Below the pieces are notes generated by a model. It did no database searches. It had not been told where the DNA came from and was given only the letters and a program-made list of their open reading frames with translations. A stretch of 64,000 nucleotides of DNA from Thalia democratica (taxonomy: Eukaryota): NCBI GenBank assembly GCA_965202585.1, contig OZ241826.1, positions 28,210,001 to 28,274,000 on the forward strand, given 5' to 3'. The position numbers and the translations under genes are program-made. Of this stretch, positions 1-11,940 are shown in pieces (the stretch's first letter is position 1; each line of letters opens with the position of its first letter).

Positions 1-112
1 ATTAGAACTAGTTTTAAGTTTTAAAAGTAGTTTAACACTTTTTAAACAATTTCAAGGATGAATTTTATTTTTAATGTAAACTTAAAATTTAAGTTAAAAA
101 TTTATCAAACAG

Positions 113-254
113 ACTAATAAGACTGAGGTTTGAAAAGTGGCAGCTTTTAGTTCTGCACAGCTACATGATGTGTTACAACTTGAAATTATGGAAATGTGAG
201 GACAAGAAGTTACTGGCGAAAGCACTAGGTGTCGTGAATGTCGTGAAAATTGAG
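113..254 (+). CDS. Internal coding exon of a divergent homeobox gene (N-terminal arm, helix 1, helix 2); upstream exons lie outside the window
   Basis: Acceptor aacAG ends at 112 and donor GAG|gtaaga starts at 255. Open frame a-LIRLRFEKWQLLVLHSYMMCYNLKLWKCEDKKLLAKALGVVNVVKIE. R-x-R-F-x3-QL-x2-L matches homeodomain R5/F8/Q12/L13/L16, and LAKALG matches helix 2. The alternative acceptors at 150 and 160 cannot be excluded. Confidence 0.7.
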
Positions 255-797
255 GTAAGAAGTTGTATGCTTGAGTGTATATAGACGTAAATATGGTAAA
301 ACCATTTATTTAAACTTTATGTACAAATCCATTTCTAGTTGAATAGTCAAACAAACAATATTCTTAGAACCTCTAGTGTAAAAAAAATGATTTGATCACT
401 TTTAAGTTTATTAAAATTTACTACGCTTATTACCAATCAAATAATCTTTTTAACTCAGCTGTTTTTAATACCAAAGTTCTAAAAGTTTAGTAAAAATTTT
501 GCACATTTAATAAAAAACGAATATACTTCTAATTATACTAGAAATAAAGTTGCTTTTATTTTAGAAGCGTTTTTTTTTGTTTATAGCCTAGTACTCTCCT
601 AAAATAAGTTAGGAAAAATTGAGATAGGGCTTAACTTAAAATCAGTGTGTTTAGCATATCTGATTTAATATACAATAAATACATTGTGGTTTTTTATTTC
701 TTTTGGTTTACTATTTAAACCACAAATTTAAAATGGTGGTTTATAATTTTATCACCTAAAACTTTGTACAAATTTACTCTTCTGTTATGATTTATAG

Positions 798-885
798 AGA
801 TGGGTGAGCAATCGTAGGAGAAAATTCAGGGATATTTGTGTGAACCGCACCACTGATGAGCTGGTGAAGGAGTATCTGCCTTTAG
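798..885 (+). CDS. Homeobox exon encoding the recognition helix
   Basis: Acceptor tttatAG ends at 797 and donor G|gtgagt starts at 886. In-phase translation RWVSNRRRKFRDICVNRTTDELVKEYLPL-g gives W48, S50, N51, R53. Confidence 0.75.
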
Positions 886-1201
886 GTGAGTATTTATTTT
901 CATTACCATAGTTAATATATCAATACAAAGCTTAATGTTTTCCATAAAACTTTTTTTTTTTAATTTAACCATTAAGCTTTTCATGTTCTATTTCTTGTTA
1001 TATTTAAATCTATTTCTTAGTGTCTTGATACGAACCAAGCAACGTCTTAAATAATAACAAAAATACATTTCACCATCTTTAAATTTTTAAACATACTCAA
1101 GTATATATAAATAAATTACTCTGAGTACTAAATACTTAGTTGCATCTTATATACTAACAAGTCTCACTTATTTATAAAACATTTTTTTTAACTTTCCACA
1201 G

Positions 1202-1233
1202 GTCATTGTCTGAATTTTCTATTCCAAAATTAA
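1202..1233 (+). CDS. Terminal coding exon of the homeobox gene
   Basis: Acceptor ttccacAG ends at 1201. Phase-1 continuation (G)HCLNFLFQN-TAA. A further donor (gttaga at 1260) and acceptor (tttacAG ending 1355) suggest a 3' UTR intron. Confidence 0.55.
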
Positions 1234-1966
1234 CCCTAATAAATCGAAACAATTTGAAGGTTAGATTTTGTTTGTAGTTAAGATTACTTTTTTTTATTAT
1301 TGGTTTTAATATCTTTTTCATGTACTTAATACATTACTGAAAAATTTATTTACAGAAGCTGAGAGATACACACTAAAATCTAGTCACAATCAAATTTAAC
1401 CTGAAACAGTTTAAGAGTTACAATTAGGCGATCACGTCATTTGTAATAATATTAAACTTTAATGTTTATTTCAATAAAATATAAAAATGTCATTTACAAC
1501 TAAAACTTACTCCTATTTCAATCTTCATTAATAATGATTTAAACGTTATGCAGCTTGTTATAATTAACTTAAAAATTATCAAATTTCATCAAATTAAAAT
1601 GTTTTTAATTCAACTTATTAATTTTATTTGTGTGCTTAGCATTGGTTGATCGTTTTACTTTTTGTGATTTTTTTCTTCAGTTAGAATAAATTTTTAAACA
1701 GGATACTCCTCTAGTTATATTAATATAAAAAGTTTTGAAGCAAGTTAATTAAAATCTAGACTATAAGTAAAACTTTAAAATATTAAAAAAAAATCTCGAC
1801 TTGTTTCCTAAATTTTAAGTCAACATCTAGGAGTTATTGATAAACTAATATTAAAAGACTGTAGAATGCTTTTTATATGTGTTTAGATATTTTTCAGTGT
1901 TTAATGTTATTTTACTTATAGTAAGTTACTTTTACCTTTAGTTTAATCAATCCCAAATTAATCTGT

Positions 1967-1970
<4 letters not shown>

Positions 1971-2011
<41 letters not shown>
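1971..2011. repeat. (AT)n microsatellite
   Basis: About 20 perfect AT units. Confidence 0.95.
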
Positions 2012-2016
<5 letters not shown>

Positions 2017-3574
2017 GATAACGTACTGACATGCATAAAATTAAACTTAAATTACAGCTTTTAAAGTGTCATTATGAAACAAATACTAAAATTGATAAAC
2101 ACTTGCTAATGGAAGTATATTTGTAAGTAATAGGATAAGGAATGTTTGTTGTAAACAAAGATCCTTTTTTTTGAAATCTTAAAACTAACAAAATAACTAA
2201 AGCTTACTAACTTATCTAAACCAACTAATAGCGCCTCTTAGCGAAAAGAAAGTATTATTAAGTAAAGGTAAATTCGTTAGATCCCGTATATGTACATCGT
2301 CATCGTCACAAATATATTATAAATTAAAAAAAATATATCTTCTGTTCAGTATGTAAAACAAATAAAAAGTTTAGAAGCTATTAAGAATGTTATAAGTTAC
2401 TAATAATCGTTTTTTTTTTTTGATAGATCTGTAAGCTTACCAAACTTTATAGTTGTTTTAATATCATTTTGGTCTAAAAATTAAAAACACAAGTTATTTA
2501 AATCTTCCAATAGCGTCATTCAAGCTACTTACTGAATCTTTTTAAAGATTTTAACTGTTTTTTGTAATTAATATCAGCTATTTTACCAACTCTATAAAAA
2601 CTTAAAACAGTTCGTTAACACACTTGACTAGAGAAAGAAAACAAAATATAATGTTCGTTGTTTTCATTATAATGTAATTTGTTTTATAACTTTTTTTTTT
2701 GTTACATAACATGAATAGATCTTTACTTAATAGAGTTAATTTTTTTATTACTTTGTCGTTACTATCACTTAATGATTTGCTCATCTCTTGTCAGTTAAAA
2801 AAATATTCGAATAAATTTATTAAGTTTCAAACTTTTTGAGGTCGGCAGAAATTTACTGCTCTCTAAGTTTAATTAGTATAAAACATTGTTACTAAAAGAA
2901 AAAATGTTTCCAAAAAAAAAAAAAAAAAAGATTAATAGTTTTTGCAAACTGCTTTGTGTAATACTTTTTGTTTTAATTTTTAGAGAGCCTTAAAGATTGT
3001 TAGACTCCACCAGTTGAAAGTTCGTTAACAACATCTCTTTTATAATTAATTGAAGAACATTTTTAAGTTGGTGTTTAAACTAGTGATCTAGTGTATGCAA
3101 GAACCGGTCCGGATCCACTTAGTTTAAAAAGACTTTAATTTTGCGATCAGCTTCTTTCATATTTATATACTTTTATTATTGTGTTTTAATATTTACTATA
3201 TAAAAAATTATTCGAGCAAAACGGACTAGTTAAGTATTTAAATTATTTTTTTTTGTAAACATACAGCTACATACATCCGTTTAATAAAATAGTGAATTGT
3301 TAATTTAAAGTTTTTTGCATATTATATTCTTCTAGTGACTCTATGATTTACTTCCATTTATAAACATTTTTTTTTGCATATATAAAATATTTATTCAAAC
3401 TTTTATATGTTTGAGTTCGTTATAAGTCTTTACAATTTCAATTTTACTATTTTGTTCTAATTTAATAATATCGAAAAATTTTTAAACTCCTCAAATACAG
3501 CTCTTAATATTAAATATTATTTACTTAATATTTAATTACTAAAACTATAAGAAGCAGCAATAGTTCAACAACAT

Positions 3575-4290
3575 TTTTTGCGCGGCAATGTATTTAACAT
3601 GAAGGCTGGTATGTTGTTCTTAAAATCTTCTTCAGCACCCTGTTTCATTCACACACTTCAACAGATAATAAAAGGTTCAATGTTTTCAGAAAATAACTAA
3701 GTGTGTTAATAGCCAATGCCCGTCAAACTCTTGGCTACTTTAATCGTTCTACTACAGCGTGCGAGAAACTAAAAAAAATCCAGGTCACTTTAGGTTAAAC
3801 AGTGTAAATGCAAAAAGCCTTGGTACTTGTGCAAGATGTTGAAACAAGGTGGAACTCAACCAACCTTATGCTAAAAATACTAGAAAAGTTATAAACAAGT
3901 GACCAGAACTACGTGGCTAAAAACAAATTTAAACTCGAAAATATTCTAAAAGTTGATGAATGGAAACTTGTTAGCCTTTTTAATGAACTGCTCAAATCTT
4001 CTTACATAGTAACGCATCAGTGTAGTAAAAACAACACATTGCTTTCAAGTTTAACCCCGCATGCATCAGTACTAAAAAAGTCTTTTAATTATAAAGCTTG
4101 TAACCCAACAGGTCAAAGTAGTTCTACGATCTTATCAACCTTGGCAAAAAATATTACTAGGGATTTTAAAATAAGGTTTTATACTACTAATAACAGCACA
4201 CAAGTAAACCTTGATAATAACGACTTTTTTTACCAACAACAGCTGTTGATCTACGGTATCGACTTGACGTTTTCCCTGCTAGTATCAAAT
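3575..4290 (+). pseudogene. Decayed hAT-superfamily (ZBED/Ac-like) transposase fragment
   Basis: Motifs read across frameshifts and stops: RGNVFNMKA (DNAxNM-like), APCFIHTLQ (CxxH, 3641), LVQDVETRWNSTNLML (TRWNS at 3844-3858), EWKLVSLFNELLK, and TAVDLRYR in a shifted frame (A-x-x-DPR-like). The 3913-4362 ORF is part of this remnant. Confidence 0.85.
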
Positions 4291-6079
4291 AGAAAATATC
4301 TCGAAAATGATAAAACAAATACATGTCTTAAAAACATGTACCAATATGTTGATTACCATTAGATAGTTTTTAATATATTTCACACGTTCAACATATCTTC
4401 TACTATTTAAAATATTCGTTGCAAAGCATGTCTGTTACTTATAGTCAACCCTTAAATGGCCCCAGATTTTTTCAATCATCTACTGAGCACGGATTTTTAA
4501 AATTATGTGAACTAATGGTAGTACTTCACATTCAGTGTTACTCATATAGAAAACACGTGCTGTTTAGTTTGTAATTATTTCTAGTATTTTAATCAAAAAA
4601 GTAAATGAATTGTAAAAGTTTTAAAACAATTTGTTTGTAAAAATATTAAAAGCGTTGATTCATTCTTACCTTAATGTTTTACTAAACGAATGTATAAAAG
4701 TTTTGTAAAAATGTTATTTACTTTAGTTCTTGATCGAAATAAAAAACGCTTGCAATCATATAGTTACACAAGATTATTATTTTATTGATTTAGAGACCAT
4801 CCTTTTCTTAGTTATATTTGTAGTGGTGTTAGTAGGCTTATTCATCTTTTTTGAATTTATATATCTAAAGTGTTTAGCAATAAGATATTTCACGCAATTG
4901 ATAAAAAATTATTTAAAACTATCCAATTAGTATTTAAAATTCAGAAAAGTTGAAATCGAGACAAAATAGCTTTTCATTTTTTTATTATTTTAGTTTATTG
5001 AACGATAAAATATACGCTCAAAACATTTGGTCCTAGGACCTGGTGTATGTAAAACCTTTCGGTTATCGAGTCGCACACTACTGACACCTTTAAACGTCTT
5101 GTCCAGGACAAATTAATCTTATATTAATAAAGACAGTTTTTATATAAACATACTTTTATCTTTCTTGAATATTTTTCTACACAAAATGCATTCTTTAAAT
5201 ATTTTCTAATTAAAGTGGTACATTTAGATAATTAAAACTACTTTTAGTGTATACTGTTTAATTGATATGTTTTTAACAACGCTAGTACATGTTGATATTA
5301 AATACTGAGAAATATCAAAAAATGTAGAGCTACATTAAAGCATTTGTTTTTTTTTTTGTCAGGTCTTTTCTGATATCTACAAATTTTACTCTATATTTTT
5401 AAGCAATAGCCAATCTTTCAAGATTACTTATACAACAACTTTTTACTTTTCTTGGTATTGAGTTGTTAATATTATGAAGCACATTAATTCAAAGAACTAA
5501 ATAATGTCTATTATAGGAAATTTGAACGAACTCGTTGTTTGAGATTATGGGATAATGATTTGGTTATGTTGTTATAATCTAGATTTAAATATAACTTCAT
5601 ATATTGTTCTCTTTTTTTGAATAATGGAAAATACAATAAAAACTGAAAAAGTATGTAACTTTAAAACCAAATCTAATTGCACATTAAACAGTGAGTACCT
5701 TATAAAATGCCTTAAAAAGCCAAAGCTAAGAATAAGAAATATATTAGAGCAACAAGAGTTTATCTAAATCTTTCTAATTGTTACACTTTTATTTTCTATA
5801 TAATGTTTATTTTTTTTTTCTTATTAAGTATTTTTTTAGTAAGTGTTTTTACTTAATTTTTCAATAAGTTTTTTTATTATTAACTTTAAAATTTCTTATT
5901 TGATTCAACTTTACTACCTCTGATTAACAGTAAATTTAAACATAATATTGATACCTTAAAAACACATCCCTTTATTGATTAAAAAGTTACTGGTTCCTTT
6001 CTTAGTTGTTTTTACTTGGTGATTATTAATGTGCTTTTTCGATATATTTGTGCTTCAATTTTACTTGCTGTTACTTTTA

Positions 6080-6877
6080 CAGGGTTGCCACAGATCAAGC
6101 TGAGAAAAATTTCTTGTCTTTTTATTAAAATTTTCCTGACTTTTCTAAATAAAGCTCTTTATTTAAACTTATTCTAAATTACATAATCAAAAAATTAAAA
6201 CTGTACAACGCTTTAAACCTTGTTTTTTTACAGATTAAAATAACAGTTATTTGCTGAATTTAGTCTTCTAACTTCCGCTACATCACTTGAATCATTCACA
6301 TACCTCTTTTATAACTTATTTTACAAATTTAAACAAATTTGAAAAAACTATAAAGATGTAAGTTATACATATCAACTTGTTACATAAAATTCCAAGCTAA
6401 CTTTAATTACAAAGAATTTAATTATTTACTAAAAAAACCACTTTGATTTAAAAATTATGCTAAATAAACTTTTGTGTACATAGCACAGTATCACTATGGA
6501 AGTGTCCGTTCAACAGATCAAATTCTACAAAGCTTACAAAAACTGCTCGTTCAAGTTGGATACTTTTTCAATATGTTAATAGAAAAACTTTGCAGTTTTA
6601 TAGAGGACATTTTCTTAATTATTAGATGAAGGCTAGACACTTTATTAATTACTAGATAAAGGCATTGGAAATTAATAATTTCGAAAATTTTGCAATTTTT
6701 TTCTGACTTTAATAAATTTTATACCACTTGGAGGCTTTAGAAACTAGGGAATTTCGTAAATTTAAACTGACTAAAATTGATTTTTTTTGTCATATTTCCG
6801 GACTTTTTTTAAAACCCCCATTTATTCCCGACTTTTGTCATTTTTTTTAAGTTTTTCCTGACTTTGTTTCAACCCTG
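6080..6877. mobile_element. MITE family A (terminal CAGGGTTGC[C/T]ACA inverted repeats, about 0.8-1.1 kb)
   Basis: Left end cagggttgccacagatcaag, right end tttcaaccctg, with subterminal (t)ttcctgacttt repeats. Related copies at 15389-16437, 34668-35743 and 63181->64000; partial ends near 24382, 39540-39710 and 41542. Confidence 0.6.
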
Positions 6878-8136
6878 CTTTTAGCTCTAATTGACCTAGT
6901 TTTTACAAAACGATGCTAGCTTTGTGACATATTGTTATATAATCAAATAATAATTTAGCTCTTTAAAATATTTAAAATAGATTGAGCACTATACGTTTTT
7001 TAATTATTTTTTACACACTTATACTTTTCAGAGAAGATCAAAAAAGGTCTAAATAAAAACAGTAAAACGCGAATTCTATTGCTTTTATAGCTGATTTTTG
7101 TTGGTTTCTTTTAAAGTTTCTAGCAATGATGTAATTTCTTTCTTATAAGTTATGTTTAAATATGAATTCACACTTAAACTTTAAATATTCCGTACTAAAA
7201 ATAAAATATTAAAGAAAACTTTATCGGACCTTATACTATATAACTAAATGAAATACAATGGATCAGATTTTAATTTGTTTTCTTGGAATAAAATAAACTA
7301 GTATAGATTAACGTATTTAGTGAAACAAATAGGCTTAAATCATATAATAGTTCTCTTTACTTTACAGCTTTTAGCCATAACAATAAAAATCATACTAAGA
7401 ATACTTCGACATAACAAATTATGTTTTCAAGATTTGAATTTAACTTGGCCTTGGACTGAAATTTTGCCTTGTATGATAATTAGTTTTTTTGTAAGTTTTT
7501 GTTGGTAAGAAAAATTAGAATTGATAATTATTATATGTTTAGATTTTTTTTCAGATTTTACCGTAAAAATTTTTTTTGAATTTCACTCTTTTTTATAGTG
7601 TATAATGAACTTTTGCTTTAAAAAACTCTTTTTTTCATTACTTTTAGCCGTTTTTTATTGTTGTGTAAGTTTTTTAAGTTAAACATTACAATAATTACTT
7701 ACTTTTAATAATGCTTAATATTACAAGGTTTACTATATTTTCTAACTTGCAATCAAATTTACCCGACAATATCTAACCTGGTCATAGTTATAACATGACT
7801 AATTATCACCGGATCAGTGATATCTTTTTGAAAATTTAATATAACTTTAGTATTATAATATATAGTATTGAATACCATGGAACAGTATTTGACTTGGAAT
7901 AACCTTTGTTTAAATCTAAAAAAATTAATAAAGGTTAAACAGTTAGTTTTATGAACAGAAAATAACCAGTTAAAAAGATTTTATCAGATTAAAAATTTGT
8001 ATTGTAATTGTAGCAGTCTTTCGGTGGCTTATTTAATTTTGTTCAAAAATGAATTTGTTTTCTAGCTATCAACCTATATTAAATTAACTGAGGAAAATAG
8101 TAAAAAATTAAAAGCTAATATAATTTAATCAAAGTC

Positions 8137-9811
8137 TATTGAACGCTAAAAACAGCTAAGTAAGCCGGAATAAGGCCGATCGGCTGATACATGAATACCA
8201 TTCCGTTTTTAAAACAGCACCCTCTAGTACTACAAACGACTACTTTCTGAGTTGTCCGTTCGTGACGCAGTGGCTCGTTCCCTGCAAAAATTCCCTGTTC
8301 AAGCTGGTGGACGCGAAGCAGGAGCAGCGACTGGGTCTGCACTCGCACTGTTCGAACAAATCCTCGGGGCTTGCCGGGTAGCCCTTTGCTAGAACTTTTG
8401 GCACTTCGTAGGACTTGACTCCCCGAAGGCAGAGCAAGCTTCCGCGCATCTTTTCAACCTCAAATCCGTCAACTGGGTTGATCCTGAAAATTTTCAGGAT
8501 TGCCGCGTTCGGGTTCATTCCAGTCATCGACCCGAGCACAAACTGGTGATCTGGATCTGAAGTTTGCAGCAGTTCCGCTTTGTACTTGGCGCAACCGTTG
8601 GTTTCCGATATGCTGCTCGTTTTAAACAACAGTTGCCGCATGAAAGAGTTCACCTTGCGTTCAAACTGATGCTTCACATGTTCAACTTCTGCCCGTTGAT
8701 TAGCGCTTATTTCGTTTTCAAGCTCGGCGACAAAAGCGTTCATGGAGCGGTCTCCAATATTAGCAGGACTATTTTCGATCAACATGGCTTTTTGCGAATC
8801 TGATACAGGTGGCTCTTTTATGAACCTTCTTTCGTAGAGATTATCGTACAAAATGTGTTTCGCAAGCTCACGTGTGCTTTGTTTAATTTCGATTTCTACC
8901 AGGTACGCTAGAGAAACTAAGTCATGGTGAGCAACGGCTATTCTTTTTTCGTCATCACCTACTTGAAACGTGCCCGAAAGAAGTTTGTTTCCGTTGCTGT
9001 CGTGTTTGCGTACAGGAGACTCTTTAAATTTAATCAATTTGTCGTCGAAAATAGAATTTCCATCAAAAACCTTTAAAACGGGCTCGTAAGTAAAACTAGA
9101 GTCACGACACGGATACGAAGATTTTATAAACACAGTTGAAGTTGTATTTTTACCGAATACCGGTTTGCGAGTTTTAACAGTCCGGTCATCTTTACACTCT
9201 CCACAAAGACAACCTGAACTTGCCAGCGTCTTTTTCACTTTGCTAACAAACAAGTACGTCAAGTCATTGGCGTTGTCATCGTCTTTCACGTAATATTGAC
9301 CGTAACGTTGAGCAATTTCAAAGCTGTTCGTCAAATAAATGCCCGGGCCATACTTGCCGGACGACGAAGGCCTCAGTCCTTCTTTCAAGATTCCCTCGAC
9401 GTTGCTCCCTTTGGTGCCGTGCAGAAGCAGCAAGCTCGGACATCTGTAACGTTCCACTTTTGATTTGACCCTGTAAATCCTGATAGCGACGTTTTTATTT
9501 GAGTACTTTTTTAATTGGCTCAAACCGAGAGATCCTTTCAACAGATCGTAATCCGGATCTTCGCTTTCCAATAGTTGAAGCTCGTGCTTGGAATCCTTGG
9601 AAAGAGATTTTTTTAAAGCCGAAGATTTGCATTCAAACAAATTTACGGCATCTTTCACCAATTCTTCTTTTCTCGCATCGATTTGTTCGATCATATTTTC
9701 GATTTTAGTTTTTGTCTTTTGCTTTTCTTCTTCGCACCAGCGACGCAAATAGTTCTGAGGACCAGGAAACTGTGTGATTGTCTGATCTAAATATTCATCG
9801 TCTGAGTACAT
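8137..9811 (-). CDS. PARP/ARTD-like paralog copy 1; first ART domain intact, C-terminal pseudo-ART domain truncated by a TAG stop plus a frameshifting deletion
   Basis: ORF 8240-9811 contains LLLHGTKGSNVEGILKEGL, GKYGPGIYLT and RIAVAHHDLVSLAYLVEI. It ends at aag TAG where copy 4 reads aag ctg. About 52 nt are then missing relative to copy 4, and the conserved tail TRGCCFK...LIPAYLAVFSVQ continues in another frame (8136-8348 ORF). Confidence 0.85.
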
Positions 9812-11649
9812 GATTTATTAAATATATAATCTGTTAAAAATGTCTATATGTAAAAAAGATTTTGTTTTCATTGTACTAAATAATTAAAAAATATTTTTTT
9901 GTAATGAATAAAATAATATTTCTTATGTCTTTAAAAAAATGGACAAATGAACGATTTTTATTTTACAAGTACTTTCGTTTTATTTATTTTGCGTTTTATT
10001 TGAACAAAGTGTTTGTTAAAATTATTTTGTTCTTACTAAAAATTTATTTTATTACAGGTTCAACAAAGAGGTTAGCTTTGTCTTTAACATTGCATATTAA
10101 AAATCCAATTAAAATTTATTAGATAAAAATAATTAAAACTTTTTAAATCTAGTATTTAAAATAAAATTGGATAAAAAACACTTTAAATATTGAACAAAAA
10201 ATATAAATATTCATTGTTAGATTTTGACATTTAACTGTATTTTTTTTACTTCACGAAAATAATTGATATTTCCTAACCAAGTAAGAAGTTAATGTAGATC
10301 AATGTAATAGTAGACAATGCTTAAAAATATTATTTATTGCATTTTTATTTATATGTTGTGTATTTAACGATTTAAAACCGGTTAAAAGATTAAGTCTAAG
10401 GACCTGGTGTACGAAATAACACATCGGTTATCAACCATATGCTTTTACAATTCCTTAATATTAAACAAAAATTATTTTTTTATACTTTTAAATCTTAAAA
10501 ATATAGCCATTCTTCTTTTTTAAAGAAAATAAAAAAGTTAACTTAGCTAAGCGTTTACTTTGAAATCATAATGAACTCAAAAACTTTACTAACAGAATAA
10601 AATAAGAAAAAACAGTCTAAACCTAAACTATAGGGAATATTTAAAACAATAGAATGAAAAAGAAAAATTTTAACTTGATTGATACAACGAGATAAACAAA
10701 ATAAATAGCAAACATAAAATTATTTTAAGATAGGTCACAACTTTAATAAAAAAGTTAAAGTGTAGTGAGCTGAAAGATTTTTCCGTTGAGTATTATTAGT
10801 ATTTTATGGAAAATATTTAGTTTTTAATTTTCTCATATAGTTTTTTGATTTATTCACTTAAAGAAGTTTGTATATAAACAAAAAATATATAATATAGTTT
10901 GCATAATATTTTAAAGTATTCAAATAAACCATAAAATTAACTTAACTTTTATAAATTAAAATACAATATCAAGTACTATAACATGTATTAATCCGCACTT
11001 AATAAGAAAAAATCATTCTGTTTTAAATATATATTACATTTTTTTGAAAAGTTTTCTAAGCCTAAACATGTAACTTTGTAGAAACAAACAATATTTGAAG
11101 ACATTACAAAAATAAAGTTAAGGTCTTCTCAGAAAAATTAATGAATTTATTATAAGTATACTAGAAACAGAAATCCAAGCTCATTATAAAAATAACTCTG
11201 TTAGAAAGTACATCTGTAACCTGACATAATTTGTGCGTTACTAAAGACAGTTGAAAGGCTATAGTGTACTTTAAGTATAAAGTATAATAAAAAATAACTT
11301 TAACCTAATTAATACTTATATGGAGTAATACTTAAAGTTACTTTTCATAAACTAGGTTGGACAACGAAGGACTATTTTTTATTAAAGAAAAAATGCAAAG
11401 ACTTAAAAACATTAACTACCATGTACAATATAAAAAGTTCATGATTCAGAAACTACTTGCATGTTTCTTAAACCTTTAAACACAATTTAAATTTATTAGC
11501 TATACTTTGAGAATGTTTAAATAGGAAAAATAATTAACTGCTTAAACTTGAAATGATAAAAAAAATACTTATTTGAACAAAACAATTTTAAACAAAAAGC
11601 TTTAAATAAATAATTGAACAACTTGAATTTCTATTCTGTAACTACATGT

Positions 11650-11940
11650 GTACTGTTGCAAGCCGTGGCTAGAATGATCTCCTCTACAACTGATGAATAT
11701 TTATATATGGTTGTAGTATGAAAATATAAACCTGCATCAGTAAAACATGCAACCTAGCGAGCTTTCTCTTAAACGCTTGGATAAACAAGAACTTTAACTA
11801 AAAATTTTCCATTAAATTTAGACAGTTATCAAACTAAGTTTCATATCCTGTTACACTTTCTCTTATTCATTTTTAAACAAAAATCTTCACTCTATTCTTC
11901 CTCTGCCGATTTTTGGAAGTTAAACTCTTTTCTTCCTTCA
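11650..11940 (-). promoter_or_regulatory. Conserved ~300-bp upstream block shared by PARP-like copies (candidate promoter or non-coding 5' exons)
   Basis: Homologous blocks at about 13320-13437 (partial), 17140-17435, 36470-36760 and, reverse-complemented, 23340-23680 and 40540-40850. The block is always oriented the same way relative to the neighbouring paralog. The function is inferred only. Confidence 0.35.

Noticed and set aside
2602-2784. Short AT-rich ORFs (2602, 4730, 7320, 9904, 13024, 24330, 30456, 36540, 36975, 42716, 47506)
   Set aside because: Low-complexity K/F/L/I/N composition, inside repeats or MITEs, no motifs, and not kept open in duplicated copies.
3913-4362. 149-aa ORF as a standalone gene
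   Set aside because: It is an open stretch of the frameshifted hAT transposase remnant; the TRWNS and CxxH motifs lie upstream, across stop codons.
7720-7900. Possible LINE APE-endonuclease remnant
   Set aside because: Only a faint NILDLVI-like trace across frameshifts; too weak to call.
8564-8803. Antisense or alternative-frame ORFs overlapping the PARP-like genes (8564, 9499, 26596, 26821, 31472, 31549, 31619, 31852, 31988, 43752, 44876, 59988, 60504, 61345)
   Set aside because: Shadow ORFs from the GC-richer coding strand. Their recurrence simply mirrors paralogy, and their lengths vary between copies.
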